This document shows, piece after piece, positions 10,361-20,296 of a stretch of DNA of 64,000 bases. A program made the translations under genes and the position numbers. Under the pieces are notes generated by a model that searched no databases, was not told where the DNA came from, and saw only the letters and a list, made by a program, of their open reading frames with translations. How positions within the stretch are numbered: position 1 is the stretch's first letter; the number at the start of each line of letters is the position of its first letter. The stretch lies in contig JAEYPA010000081.1 of assembly GCA_023411225.1 (NCBI GenBank), positions 2,229 through 66,228 of the forward strand, read 5' to 3'. The DNA is from Bacillota bacterium. Its GTDB lineage: Bacteria; Bacillota; Clostridia; Lachnospirales; Lachnospiraceae.

Positions 10361-10782
10361 TTAAGCCCTCCTTGAGGTATATCTTGTATAAATAAAAGTA
10401 GTGAAGACTGATTAATGAATTGATATGATAACTAACATACAGTTTCTCTTTTTCCCTGTCCCTTGGTTAATGGGATGTTGGATAAAGCCGTGTGCTTGGC
10501 AGTCCTTGGGTGACATTTTAAGGTTTTATCGCACGTTAATTGTTTGGGGTTTTGAAAGTGGATTGTCGGTGGTGGATATTTTCCGTACTCCCTATGAAAT
10601 TTTCGCATTCTATTGTAACATCTACCTTCCCATAACAAACATGTCTTACTTCAACGTATAAAGTGACCGCATCTGAATGTAACTATCTATCATGAATCCT
10701 ATCTAATTTGACATAATATCCATTCTTTTCAGCATGGGCAATAAAGCGATTTTCCGCCATAAAGAATCTGAACGGTATTTTC

Positions 10783-11664
10783 CTAAAAAGTATCTTGTTG
10801 AAGCTTAACCCTAGAATTTTCTTTTCTCATAGCAGCTTCAACTACATGTCCAACTAATACAGAAGTCGTGACACTTCCTACTCCTCCTGGAACAGGTGTG
10901 ATTGCATCTACAATAGATTCCGCTTCATTATATTTTACATCTCCGCAAAGTTTTCCCTCTTCGCTCACATTAATACCAACATCAATAACAACTTGACCAC
11001 TTCTTAAATATGATCCGTCTATCACACCTGCTTTACCTGCTGCTACGATAACAATGTCTGCTTCTTTTACAATTGATGGCATATTAACTGTTTTTGTATG
11101 ACATATAGTAACAGTAGCATTCTTTTTAATTAGCATCATTGATACAGGCTTACCTACTACAAGGCTTCGTCCTATTACGACCACCTTCTTACCCATACAG
11201 TCGATCCCATAATAATCCAGAATCTCTATACAACTCTGGGGTGTACATGGTGGATATCCCTGTTTCTTTCCAGCATACACTCCTGCCATCGATCCATCGG
11301 TAATGCCATCAATATCCTTTCCTATATCTAGCGAATTAATAATCTTTTCTTCATTCAAATGCTTTGGAAGTGGACGAAAAAGTAAAACTCCGTGAATTTC
11401 ATCAACTTTATTTACCTTATCAATAACCAACAACAACTCTTCTTCTGTTACGTCCTGTGGGAGCAAAAATCGTTCATATAATACTCCCAATGTTTCACAT
11501 CTTTTGATTGCTCCTCTTTCATAGGAAATATCATCTTCTCGTTCTCCAACACGAATTATTCCCAACTTAGGAGTAATCCCTTTTTTATTTAATTTAGAAA
11601 CATTTTCCTTAATCTTTTCATTAATTGCTACAGTAACTTCTTTGCCTAATAATTGTTTAGCCAT
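10783..11664 (-). CDS. folD: bifunctional methylene-THF dehydrogenase/methenyl-THF cyclohydrolase
   Basis: KDIDG, PCTPQS, GRSLVVGKP, DVGIN, ITPVPGGVGSVT motifs. Confidence 0.95.
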   Translation of the reverse strand: MAKQLLGKEVTVAINEKIKENVSKLNKKGITPKLGIIRVGEREDDISYERGAIKRCETLGVLYERFLLPQDVTEEELLLVIDKVNKVDEIHGVLLFRPLPKHLNEEKIINSLDIGKDIDGITDGSMAGVYAGKKQGYPPCTPQSCIEILDYYGIDCMGKKVVVIGRSLVVGKPVSMMLIKKNATVTICHTKTVNMPSIVKEADIVIVAAGKAGVIDGSYLRSGQVVIDVGINVSEEGKLCGDVKYNEAESIVDAITPVPGGVGSVTTSVLVGHVVEAAMRKENSRVKLQQDTF

Positions 11665-11680
11665 ATCAACCCTCCGCTTA

Positions 11681-12310
11681 TTACTTCAAACGTTCATTAA
11701 CCCTCATAAATACGTCATCAGCTTTCTTTGAATATACACTAATGATCTCATTGGCCTCTTTATTAAGAGATTCTGCATATTCCCTATTCGACATTGCTTT
11801 TGTATTAATAAATACATTTAAGGATGCTCCCATTAATGCAGCCTTACAAAATGCTGCCCCAACTCCGGCATCACTTAAGGCAATGGCACTTCCCTTTACC
11901 GCAAACTCTTCTATTATGTCAATTGCTTCACAACATTTTCTCATTATTTCCATAGGCACTGAACATGCATCTTTTAACACTATTTCCATAACTCGTGCTT
12001 TAGCAGCCTTTTCTTCATCCGTATCCCTTGGCATTCCATATGCTTTGGACAATGGTTCAAAAACTCTTGCATCCTCTTCAACCAGAAAAAGGAAATCCTT
12101 TTGCAATGCATCCGCCTTTTTCTTTAATACAATAATATCAGCCTCAACATCATCATATTTTTTCTTTCCTACAGTAAGACTACCTACCATATTATCAAGT
12201 GCAATACCGATTGCGCCAACAAGTGCTGATGCACCGCCACCACCTGGAACAGGTTCTTTCGTTGATAAAATCTCTACAAACTCTTCACACGAATATGTTG
12301 TTAAACTCAT
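11681..12310 (-). CDS. fchA: cyclodeaminase/cyclohydrolase family protein (FTCD_C; methenyl-THF cyclohydrolase)
   Basis: PVPGGGGASA, SDAGVG, LNVFIN motifs; directly upstream of folD. Confidence 0.85.
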   Translation of the reverse strand: MSLTTYSCEEFVEILSTKEPVPGGGGASALVGAIGIALDNMVGSLTVGKKKYDDVEADIIVLKKKADALQKDFLFLVEEDARVFEPLSKAYGMPRDTDEEKAAKARVMEIVLKDACSVPMEIMRKCCEAIDIIEEFAVKGSAIALSDAGVGAAFCKAALMGASLNVFINTKAMSNREYAESLNKEANEIISVYSKKADDVFMRVNERLK

Positions 12311-12575
12311 GATAAACCTCCATAAAATCTAATTTGCAATCCTATGTACTAAACTATTTCTATGCCCCATTAATTATACAATAACCCCTCCCCAAGCACC
12401 ATTATCTTTTTTCCTATTTTCGGATAGAAGTGCGTCACGTGGCTATCCCATAGCGGCAAAAAAGTCCTACTGAACATTAATTCAGTAAGACCTTTAATAC
12501 TGGACTTTTACAAGTATATACTTTCATATCACTCATAACTAAGCCTTTCCTAAACATGATAAGCTGAATCGGAAT

Positions 12576-13424
12576 TTAGAAATTAAACTCGTCTGGATGT
12601 AATCCGGATCCACCGAAATTATCAAGACTATCAATTATCTTCATATCTTCATTTGATATTTCAAAATCAAACACCAATGCATTTTCCTTAATTCTAGATG
12701 GAGTAATTGACTTTGGAAGAGGGAGTATTCCATGCTGTAATACCCATCTAATACAAAGCTGCGCTACCGACTTATTATATTTATCTGCAATCTGCTTTAA
12801 GGTTTCATTAGTCAGCATTCTTCCTGTTCCAAGTGGACTCCATGCTTCGATTAACATGCCATTCTCATTGCAATATTCCACTGTATCCTTCCACATAAGA
12901 CCTGGATGATACTCAATTTGATTCAGCATAGGCTTTACTTCTGTTTCCATCAAGGCCTTCAAATGATGTGGCATAAAGTTTGATACTCCAATTGCCTTGA
13001 TTTTTCCAGCTTTATAAAGGTCTGTCATTGCTCTCCATGTTTCGAGATTCAACTCTTCCCAATTAGCAAACTGTTTCTTATTTGCAGGCCAGTGAATAAG
13101 ATATAAATCAAGATACTCTACTCCCAAATCAATACATGTTTTTTCAAATGCAGCCATAGTCTTATCATATCCACGCTCTGCATTCCAAAGCTTACTGGTA
13201 ATAAACAACTCACCTCTTGAAACATCGGATTCCTTGATTGCTTTTCCAACTGAACCCTCATTACCATAACAGGCAGCACAATCAATATGGCGATATCCAG
13301 CCTTAATTGCTTCCTTTACTGCCATAACAGCAGTATCACCATCTGGTGTCTGCCAGGTCCCAAAACCTACACAAGGAATTCTTACTCCATTACTTAGTAC
13401 ATATGCGTCTGTTAATTCTCTCAT
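12576..13424 (-). CDS. aldo/keto reductase
   Basis: GFGTW, GYRHIDCAACYGNE, DLYLIHWP, IGVSNF, PLPKS; start placed at ATG 13424 behind GGAGG. Confidence 0.93.
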   Translation of the reverse strand: MRELTDAYVLSNGVRIPCVGFGTWQTPDGDTAVMAVKEAIKAGYRHIDCAACYGNEGSVGKAIKESDVSRGELFITSKLWNAERGYDKTMAAFEKTCIDLGVEYLDLYLIHWPANKKQFANWEELNLETWRAMTDLYKAGKIKAIGVSNFMPHHLKALMETEVKPMLNQIEYHPGLMWKDTVEYCNENGMLIEAWSPLGTGRMLTNETLKQIADKYNKSVAQLCIRWVLQHGILPLPKSITPSRIKENALVFDFEISNEDMKIIDSLDNFGGSGLHPDEFNF

Positions 13425-13717
13425 CTTGTATATCCTCCACAACAATAATTGGTTTATTAGTTTAATTGAAATCATGTAATCTATAAGCTTTAATTTCTAT
13501 TGCCATTCTAGCTTTCTCATATACTCCCACGTGCATTTACTCCAAAATCTGACATTCTGTCTGATGTTGTAGATTGAATATATCATATCTACACAATAAA
13601 ATCAAATAATCTACCTAACAGATATTTAGGAAATTTGCAAAGATTAGGATGTATTTCAACTACAAAATCAAGGTGGTACCTCGTAGTACCTCAATATTAA
13701 TGATTCCTTTACATAAG

Positions 13718-13789
13718 AAAAAAGCCATCAGACCACTAATCTGAAGGCTTATAATGAATGAATATGTAACTGTGGAAGATAGGACTTGA
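13718..13789 (-). repeat. degenerate copy of tRNA-Leu 3' end plus downstream hairpin (att-like)
   Basis: aaaaaagccatcagaccactaatctgaaggcttataatgaatgaatatgtaactgtggaagataggacttga aligns without gaps to 32471-32542 aaaaaagccctcagatcactaatctaaaggcttttaacgaattaatataagactgcggaagatgggacttga. Confidence 0.85.
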
Positions 13790-13851
13790 GTTAATCGTTT
13801 TCAAAAAACTGTATATACATATGCTTCCCTTCCTATATATCTCTTAGTAAA

Positions 13852-15351
13852 CTATCTACCAAATATTCGTGTAAGTGTAGCAATATACTCCGTATTAATG
13901 TCATCAAACATTTCTTTGCTCAGTCGCCATGTCCAGTTACGTCCCAGTGTTGACGGATAGTTGATTCTTGCCTCGCCTCCCAGATTCAGATAGTCCTGAA
14001 TCGGAATGATACACATTTTTGCCACTGAACTGAGGGCTGCCCTTATCATATAATCGGCCACTGTTTCACGTGCATCCCCATGAATTCCCAGATACTCACA
14101 ACACAGCTTACGGTCTGCTGAAGATATTACATCATACCAATGCCTGGTCGTATCATTGTCATGTGTGCCGGTATATACCACGCAGTTAGCCGTGTAATTG
14201 TACGGAAGATAGTTACTCTCTTCCCGGGAGTCAAAAGCAAACTGTAATATCTTCATACCCGGATAACCTGTTTTCTTCACAAGATTAATAACCGAAGGTG
14301 TCAGATAACCCAAATCCTCGGCAATTACCTGTTTGTCACCCAGACATTTCTTCACTGTCTCAAAGAACGCATATCCCGGACCTGGTTCCCAGTGTCCGTT
14401 CTCTGCCGTCTCGTCACCGTACGGAATGGAATAATACTCATCAAAGCCTCTGAAATGGTCTATTCTTACCACATCATACAATTCAAAGGTATATCTTAGT
14501 CTCTGAATCCACCATTCATAACTTGTTGAAGCGTGATAATCCCACTTATACAGAGGATTACCCCATAACTGTCCGGTAGCAGCAAAAGCATCGGGAGGAC
14601 ATCCAGCAACGGCCAAAGGGGTTCCATCTGTATCAAATTGAAAGAGTTCGGGATTAGACCAGGCATCAGCTGAATCAAACGCCACATAGATCGGTATGTC
14701 ACCTATTATCTTAATCCCGTTGGTATTGGCATATTTTTTGAGTCTGCGCCATTCATCCGTGAAAATATATTGTTGGAAACGATAAAACTGAATCTCATCT
14801 TTAAGCTCTTCGGCATATTTGGCCATAGCCACTTTATCTCTGAATCTTATATCTTCATCCCACTTAATAAAACACTGGGATTTATTAGCATCCTTGATCG
14901 CCATAAACATGGCATAATCTTCGAGCCAATAGGCACTCTCCTTAACAAAGTTCCTGAACCTATTGTCTTCTTCTATTTTGCTGTTCATAAATGCTTTTTT
15001 CAATAATGCAAAACGAGCCTGGTACATCTTACCATAATCTATACATTGCTCATCAGCTCCAAAATCAAAAGTCTTGCAATCTTCTTCTGTTATATATCCT
15101 CTCTTAACCAAATCATCGGGATCAATAAAATACGGATTACCCGCAAAAGTCGAAAATGACTGATAAGGTGAATCGCCATAGCCTGTAGGGCCAAGGGGGA
15201 GAATCTGCCAATATTTTTGTCCCGAAGCCTTAAGTTTATCCACGAATTCATATGCCTCTTTTGAGAAGCATCCAATACCGTATTTAGATGGTAAAGAAGC
15301 GATAGGAAGAAGTATTCCGGCCTCTCTTTTCATATCTTTTTGTCTATTCAT
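13852..15351 (-). CDS. malQ: 4-alpha-glucanotransferase (GH77)
   Basis: WQILPLGPT, DSPYQSFS, GDIPIYV, GQLWGNPLY, RIDHFRGF, AEDLG, TGTHDNDT. Confidence 0.96.
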   Translation of the reverse strand: MNRQKDMKREAGILLPIASLPSKYGIGCFSKEAYEFVDKLKASGQKYWQILPLGPTGYGDSPYQSFSTFAGNPYFIDPDDLVKRGYITEEDCKTFDFGADEQCIDYGKMYQARFALLKKAFMNSKIEEDNRFRNFVKESAYWLEDYAMFMAIKDANKSQCFIKWDEDIRFRDKVAMAKYAEELKDEIQFYRFQQYIFTDEWRRLKKYANTNGIKIIGDIPIYVAFDSADAWSNPELFQFDTDGTPLAVAGCPPDAFAATGQLWGNPLYKWDYHASTSYEWWIQRLRYTFELYDVVRIDHFRGFDEYYSIPYGDETAENGHWEPGPGYAFFETVKKCLGDKQVIAEDLGYLTPSVINLVKKTGYPGMKILQFAFDSREESNYLPYNYTANCVVYTGTHDNDTTRHWYDVISSADRKLCCEYLGIHGDARETVADYMIRAALSSVAKMCIIPIQDYLNLGGEARINYPSTLGRNWTWRLSKEMFDDINTEYIATLTRIFGR

Positions 15352-15384
15352 AACGTACTTTTCTCCGTTAGTTGCTTATATCAA

Positions 15385-16224
15385 TCAGCCCTTAACACTA
15401 CCTGAAGTCAGTCCTGCCACAAAGAATCTCTGGCTGCAGATAAATACAATCAGGATAGGTAACAATGAGAATACCGATAATGCAAATACATATCCCCATT
15501 GAGTAAACTGATGCTCACCGAAGAATCCTGAGATTGCTATCGGCAAAGTTCTCTTCAAATTATCTGTAATAACAGTGTTAGCCCAAGGAAATTCTTCCCA
15601 GGCGGTAAGAAAATTAAATATGGATACAGATGCAATTCCCGCCTTGGCCAGTGGAAGCGCCATATGAATATATACCCTGAACACGCTACCACCGTCAATG
15701 TATATCGCCTCATCCAGTTCTCTCGGAATGCTCTCAACAAATCCCTTAATCATAAATGTGGAATAAGGAATGGTCCAGGCTACATAGAAAGGTATTAGTC
15801 CTCCTAGAGTATTAATTGTATGAAGTTTAACCGCCAGTTCGTACTGTGGTACAATAAGTGTTGTTCCTGGTATAATCATTGTCAAAATAATGAACCCAAA
15901 TAAGAACTTCTTACCCGGAAAACTGAAACGCGCAATTACAAATCCCAATGCGGACGCTATTGCCGCAGCCAGAACAACCGACAGTACCGATACAAACATA
16001 CTGTTCAGGAAATTCATTAAGAACTTGCTCTGCCCCAATATGTATTTGTAGTTTTCAAGCGTCAACTCTTTGAGTGTGGGGAAAAACTTCGGCGGATAAG
16101 AATACAACGCGCCGTTTGGTTTTAATGAGGTACTCACCATATATACCATGGGAAGTACAACTATAACCATACCAAGAATCAACAATATATGCAGAATCAA
16201 TTGTGTTAATGTTTTCTTCTTCAT
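15385..16224 (-). CDS. carbohydrate ABC permease (MalG-like)
   Basis: Hydrophobic; EAA loop ELDEAIYIDG; C-terminal GSVKG. Confidence 0.92.
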   Translation of the reverse strand: MKKKTLTQLILHILLILGMVIVVLPMVYMVSTSLKPNGALYSYPPKFFPTLKELTLENYKYILGQSKFLMNFLNSMFVSVLSVVLAAAIASALGFVIARFSFPGKKFLFGFIILTMIIPGTTLIVPQYELAVKLHTINTLGGLIPFYVAWTIPYSTFMIKGFVESIPRELDEAIYIDGGSVFRVYIHMALPLAKAGIASVSIFNFLTAWEEFPWANTVITDNLKRTLPIAISGFFGEHQFTQWGYVFALSVFSLLPILIVFICSQRFFVAGLTSGSVKG

Positions 16225-16227
16225 TGC

Positions 16228-17112
16228 TTATACATCCCCCTTGTTCTTCATCATTCGGAATTCAATCACCGCCAAGATTGCAAGTGCAACGGTGATAATG
16301 AATGACAATGCCGCAGAGTAACCAAACTTACCTGTACTGAATGCCTTGTAATACATCCAGGTAAGTACCGAATCGGTCTTATGTGCCGGTCCACCCCCCG
16401 TAATCAACTTAATTGATGTGAATACGTTGAAGCCACCGATGGTTAACATTACAAGTGCAAATAGTATATTACTTCGAATTGATGGCAGTGTGATAGAGAT
16501 AAACTTTCGCCAGGCTCCAGCTCCGTCAATGGCTGCCGCTTCGTACAGTTCTGTCGGAACTGTCTGCAGTGCCGCAAGGAAAACAACCATGTTCCAGCCG
16601 ATTCCTTTCCATATACCCAGCATCATGGCTACGAACAGGCCACCTGCTCTGGAATCAAGCCATTTAACATTAGTGCTTGTGAGGTGAATAATATTCTGAA
16701 GGAAATAGTTAAGCAGTCCTTCTGAATTAAACACATATTTGAAAACCAATGATGCAATAACCCATGAAGTAATAACCGGCAGATAATAGAACACTCTGTA
16801 TCCGACCTTAAATCTGCTTACCTTATTAAGAAGTAAGGCAACCAGTAAGCCAAGAATCATCTGACCTGGTACAGTGACAATAGTGTACATTAATGTATTT
16901 TCAAAAGTTATTCGGAAAAATTTATCCGATAAAACCTCTTTATAATTTTCTAATCCAATAAATTTCTGACCTAATATACTTCCGAAATCCCATTCCATAA
17001 AGCTCATAAAAAAGAGTTTTACAATGGGATATAGAGTAAACATTGCAAGTACAAGTACTCCCGGAAGCAACAATATGAATATTTGTGATTTACTCTTTTT
17101 TGAAATACGCAT
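16228..17112 (-). CDS. carbohydrate ABC permease (MalF-like)
   Basis: FIGLENY, ELYEAAAIDGA, TGGGP motifs. Confidence 0.92.
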   Translation of the reverse strand: MRISKKSKSQIFILLLPGVLVLAMFTLYPIVKLFFMSFMEWDFGSILGQKFIGLENYKEVLSDKFFRITFENTLMYTIVTVPGQMILGLLVALLLNKVSRFKVGYRVFYYLPVITSWVIASLVFKYVFNSEGLLNYFLQNIIHLTSTNVKWLDSRAGGLFVAMMLGIWKGIGWNMVVFLAALQTVPTELYEAAAIDGAGAWRKFISITLPSIRSNILFALVMLTIGGFNVFTSIKLITGGGPAHKTDSVLTWMYYKAFSTGKFGYSAALSFIITVALAILAVIEFRMMKNKGDV

Positions 17113-17146
17113 AATTTATCCTCAATTTTGAATTACTTTTATACTC

Positions 17147-17176
17147 GGAGAGGACTCTCATACAGAGCCTCTCCGA
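17147..17176 (-). terminator. stem-loop downstream of the SBP gene (partial terminator or mRNA stabiliser)
   Basis: TCGGAGAGG...CCTCTCCGA inverted repeat between SBP and first permease. Confidence 0.55.
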
Positions 17177-17222
17177 CCTACATTGACATCTTAATTTTTT
17201 TAATCTATACTGTTAATAAATT

Positions 17223-18542
17223 TTACTCTTTAGCAAGAAGGGCATCCCACTTGGTTGCAAGTTCATCAAGAGCATCTTTTACGCTCTTCTCATCACTCAT
17301 GATTGCTGAAAGAGCTACGCTTAAATCATTGTCCATTTCAGACCAGCATGAAACAGTAGGACGAGCCTTAGCTGTGTCAATTGCTTCAAGGTAAGGTGCG
17401 AAATCAGCTTTCTTGGCTGTATCGCTCTCCATAGCCTTAAGGTTAACAGGAATCTGGCCACATTTAGCCATTTCTTCCTGTGCATATTCACCGGTCATAA
17501 ACTGCATGAACTTCCAAGCAGCTTCCTTATTGGCTGACTTGAACATACAGATATCTTCACCACCGAGTACAGATACGGAACCACCGGCTCCTGTAGGCAT
17601 TTCAGCTGTCTCATACTTGAAATCAGGATATGCGCCAGCAAGTTCAGCTACTTTCCAAGGACCTTCAAGAATCATTGCATATCTTCCGGTACCGAAACCA
17701 TCTGTCATAGGGATATCACCACTGTTCCAACCTGTTACACCGCCTTCATCATATAGATCCTTGAAAGCCTGAACAGCCTTAATGGTTGCTTCGCTGTTGA
17801 TATAACCTGATGCTTTAGTCTGTGACTCATCCGTAAGGGTTCCACCCATTGACCAGATGAAAGGACAAAGATTCCAGCCTGCAAGTGCAGGTTCTTCATA
17901 ACCCCATACTTGCTGACCTTCTGCATTCTTACCTGACAGTTTCTTAATACCTGCTATGAATTCATCCATAGTTTTTGGAATTGTAAGACCTGCATCTGCC
18001 AATGCTTTTGAGTTAACATAGAGGATCTTGGTATTGGTGTTAAGTGCAAGACCATATGTATTATCACCGACATTTGCTGTTGTCATTGCACTTTTTAGGA
18101 GCTTAGCAGATACTTCAGCAAAATCACTCATCTCAGTATTAAGCGGAACAAGGATGTCTGACTTCTCGAATTCAGGAATCCAAGCAATATCAAGACGTGC
18201 TACATCCGGCAATGTATTTGACTGAGCGCTGATAAGAATCTTATCATGAAGATTTGCCCAATCGTAAGATACGGGATTAATCTTAATTCCAGGGTTCTCT
18301 TCTTCGAACTTTGGAATCAATACATTTGTAAGTGTTTCATTTTCTGCAGACTCTGCGCTGTAGTTATGCCAGAAGTTAAGTGTTACCTCTTCGGTAGGTA
18401 CCTTTGTTTCTGGTGTTGCTGTTTCCTGACTCTTAGAGTCGGTTGCAGGTGTTGCTGTCGATTTGTTACCACAGCCAATTGCTGCCAGGCAAGTCATCGC
18501 TGCGATTACAATCGACAGCACTTTTTTTGAGTTTTTTCTCAT
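17223..18542 (-). CDS. carbohydrate ABC substrate-binding lipoprotein (CUT1)
   Basis: Lipobox-like AIGC; LNFWH, FEEENPGIKI, LPDV, ILEGPW. Confidence 0.92.
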   Translation of the reverse strand: MRKNSKKVLSIVIAAMTCLAAIGCGNKSTATPATDSKSQETATPETKVPTEEVTLNFWHNYSAESAENETLTNVLIPKFEEENPGIKINPVSYDWANLHDKILISAQSNTLPDVARLDIAWIPEFEKSDILVPLNTEMSDFAEVSAKLLKSAMTTANVGDNTYGLALNTNTKILYVNSKALADAGLTIPKTMDEFIAGIKKLSGKNAEGQQVWGYEEPALAGWNLCPFIWSMGGTLTDESQTKASGYINSEATIKAVQAFKDLYDEGGVTGWNSGDIPMTDGFGTGRYAMILEGPWKVAELAGAYPDFKYETAEMPTGAGGSVSVLGGEDICMFKSANKEAAWKFMQFMTGEYAQEEMAKCGQIPVNLKAMESDTAKKADFAPYLEAIDTAKARPTVSCWSEMDNDLSVALSAIMSDEKSVKDALDELATKWDALLAKE

Positions 18543-20287
18543 TTTTGTTTCCTCCTTTGAACTATGACATATACAGATTCAGGCTCCAATACCGTAGGTA
18601 CTTTGTCCTTCTCTGTTAAGTCTCCATCTTTGTCTAGTTTGTACACAATTCCATCAGGGATAATACCCTTTGGGGCAGTGTCTTCATCGGCCTTTCCGTG
18701 GATGATTACCGTTATGTTCTCATCACCGTAACTTCTGCTAAATACCACCAGGTCTTCAAAAGCCAAAGTATATAGTAACCTGTAGTCACCCAGGCGAAGG
18801 GATGTATAACGCTTACGAAGTGCGATAAGTGATTGATAATACTTAAACATACCCTTATCTGCCTTATCGTCCCATACCATACACTTACGACAATCCGGAT
18901 CATTTTCACCGGTTATTCCTACCTCATCGCCGTAATATATTGCAGGTGAGCCTTCAAATAACATCTGGAAAGCAACTGCAAGTCTCATCCTGTCCTTAGA
19001 CTCATTACAGTAGAACAAGAATCTCTCTGTATCATGGGAATCCAACAGATTGTATTGCACTTTATTGGTAATTCTTCTATTGGCTCCTAGCATCCTGTTG
19101 ATTCGAATACCAAATTCTTCAGCATCAATTACACCTAATCCGTAGTAATCTCTGACTGCATCTCTGAAGCAATAGTTCATGACCGCATCCATCTTCTTAC
19201 CATCTAACAGATTGCCTCCATCCCCCCATGTCTCACCAAGCAATAACATCTCGGGATATTTCTTCTTTAAGCGGTATCTTGCTTCATTCCATAAGGTCCC
19301 GTCCACTTCATCAGCCACATCAAGTCGCCAACCGTCAATTCCGTATTCCCTAATCCAGTAATCCATTACATCAATCACATACTCTCTCACTTCAGGATTG
19401 GCGGTGTTAAGCTTCGGCATATACTTATAGGCGCCTACACATTCATAATCGTGATGTGTAATCATAGGCTTGTCTGCCGTAAAGAAGAACCAGTCATAAT
19501 ACATTGATTGCTTTCCTTTTTCAAAAGCATCCTGAAACGGTGCGAAGTGAATACCTGTATGATTGAAGACACCATCTAACAGTATCCTTATTTCGGCCTC
19601 GTGACATTCCTTAACCAGTTCAGCGAATTCTTCATTGGTTCCGAATATCGGATCCACCTTATAATAATCGGTTGTTGCATATTTGTGATTAAAATCGCCC
19701 TCAAAAATCGGATTAAGGTATATACACTCGATTCCAAGTTCTCTTAGGTAAGGAATCTTCTTACGAATACCTGCGATGTCCCCCCCCATGTAATTCTCTC
19801 TTGTCGGTGCTGTTCCCCACTCACATATCTCCTTCGGGTCATTAGAGGTATCCCCATTACAGAATCTTTCGGGGAATATCTGATAATAGATACAGCCCTT
19901 AGCCCACTTAGGAACATCTATGCAATCATTGGGATTAGCATATAAGAATTCAAAATAATCATTCTTCGGTTCCTTCGTCATGCATCCCGTCGATGTGAAA
20001 TAAACGATACGTCCGTCAGCATATTCAAGTATAAAGAAATATTTCTGATATCGTGCTATCTTTGGAAAAGTCACCTTGCACTCCCAGATATCCATTACAT
20101 CATCTCTAAGAATGAATCTCATCTTCTCCTCTTTTTTCACATCAGGTGTTGTTCGGCTGAAGTACTTGAGTGTAACCGACATTACTTTCTCTTTCTCTGT
20201 TTTCAAGAGAAATACCAACTGATTTCTGGTTTCCGGATAAATGTAATCCGACGTATTTCTATGAATTACCATTTCCGGCATATTCAT
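18539..20287 (-). CDS. GH13 cyclomaltodextrinase/neopullulanase-type alpha-glycosidase
   Basis: YQIFPERFCNGD, DGVFNH, GWRLDVA, GETW, LLDSHD conserved regions; N-terminal extra domain. Confidence 0.92.
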   Translation of the reverse strand: MNMPEMVIHRNTSDYIYPETRNQLVFLLKTEKEKVMSVTLKYFSRTTPDVKKEEKMRFILRDDVMDIWECKVTFPKIARYQKYFFILEYADGRIVYFTSTGCMTKEPKNDYFEFLYANPNDCIDVPKWAKGCIYYQIFPERFCNGDTSNDPKEICEWGTAPTRENYMGGDIAGIRKKIPYLRELGIECIYLNPIFEGDFNHKYATTDYYKVDPIFGTNEEFAELVKECHEAEIRILLDGVFNHTGIHFAPFQDAFEKGKQSMYYDWFFFTADKPMITHHDYECVGAYKYMPKLNTANPEVREYVIDVMDYWIREYGIDGWRLDVADEVDGTLWNEARYRLKKKYPEMLLLGETWGDGGNLLDGKKMDAVMNYCFRDAVRDYYGLGVIDAEEFGIRINRMLGANRRITNKVQYNLLDSHDTERFLFYCNESKDRMRLAVAFQMLFEGSPAIYYGDEVGITGENDPDCRKCMVWDDKADKGMFKYYQSLIALRKRYTSLRLGDYRLLYTLAFEDLVVFSRSYGDENITVIIHGKADEDTAPKGIIPDGIVYKLDKDGDLTEKDKVPTVLEPESVYVIVQRRKQK

Positions 20288-20296
20288 TACCTCCTT

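Noticed and set aside
11742..12332. 196-aa plus-strand ORF and many similar short antisense ORFs in the track
   Set aside because: They lie wholly opposite well-supported genes, lack RBSs and read as codon shadows.
12311..12575. THF or ZMP/ZTP riboswitch upstream of fchA-folD
   Set aside because: Conserved aptamer motifs not found; the clear hairpin (about 12464-12491) is best explained as the AKR terminator.
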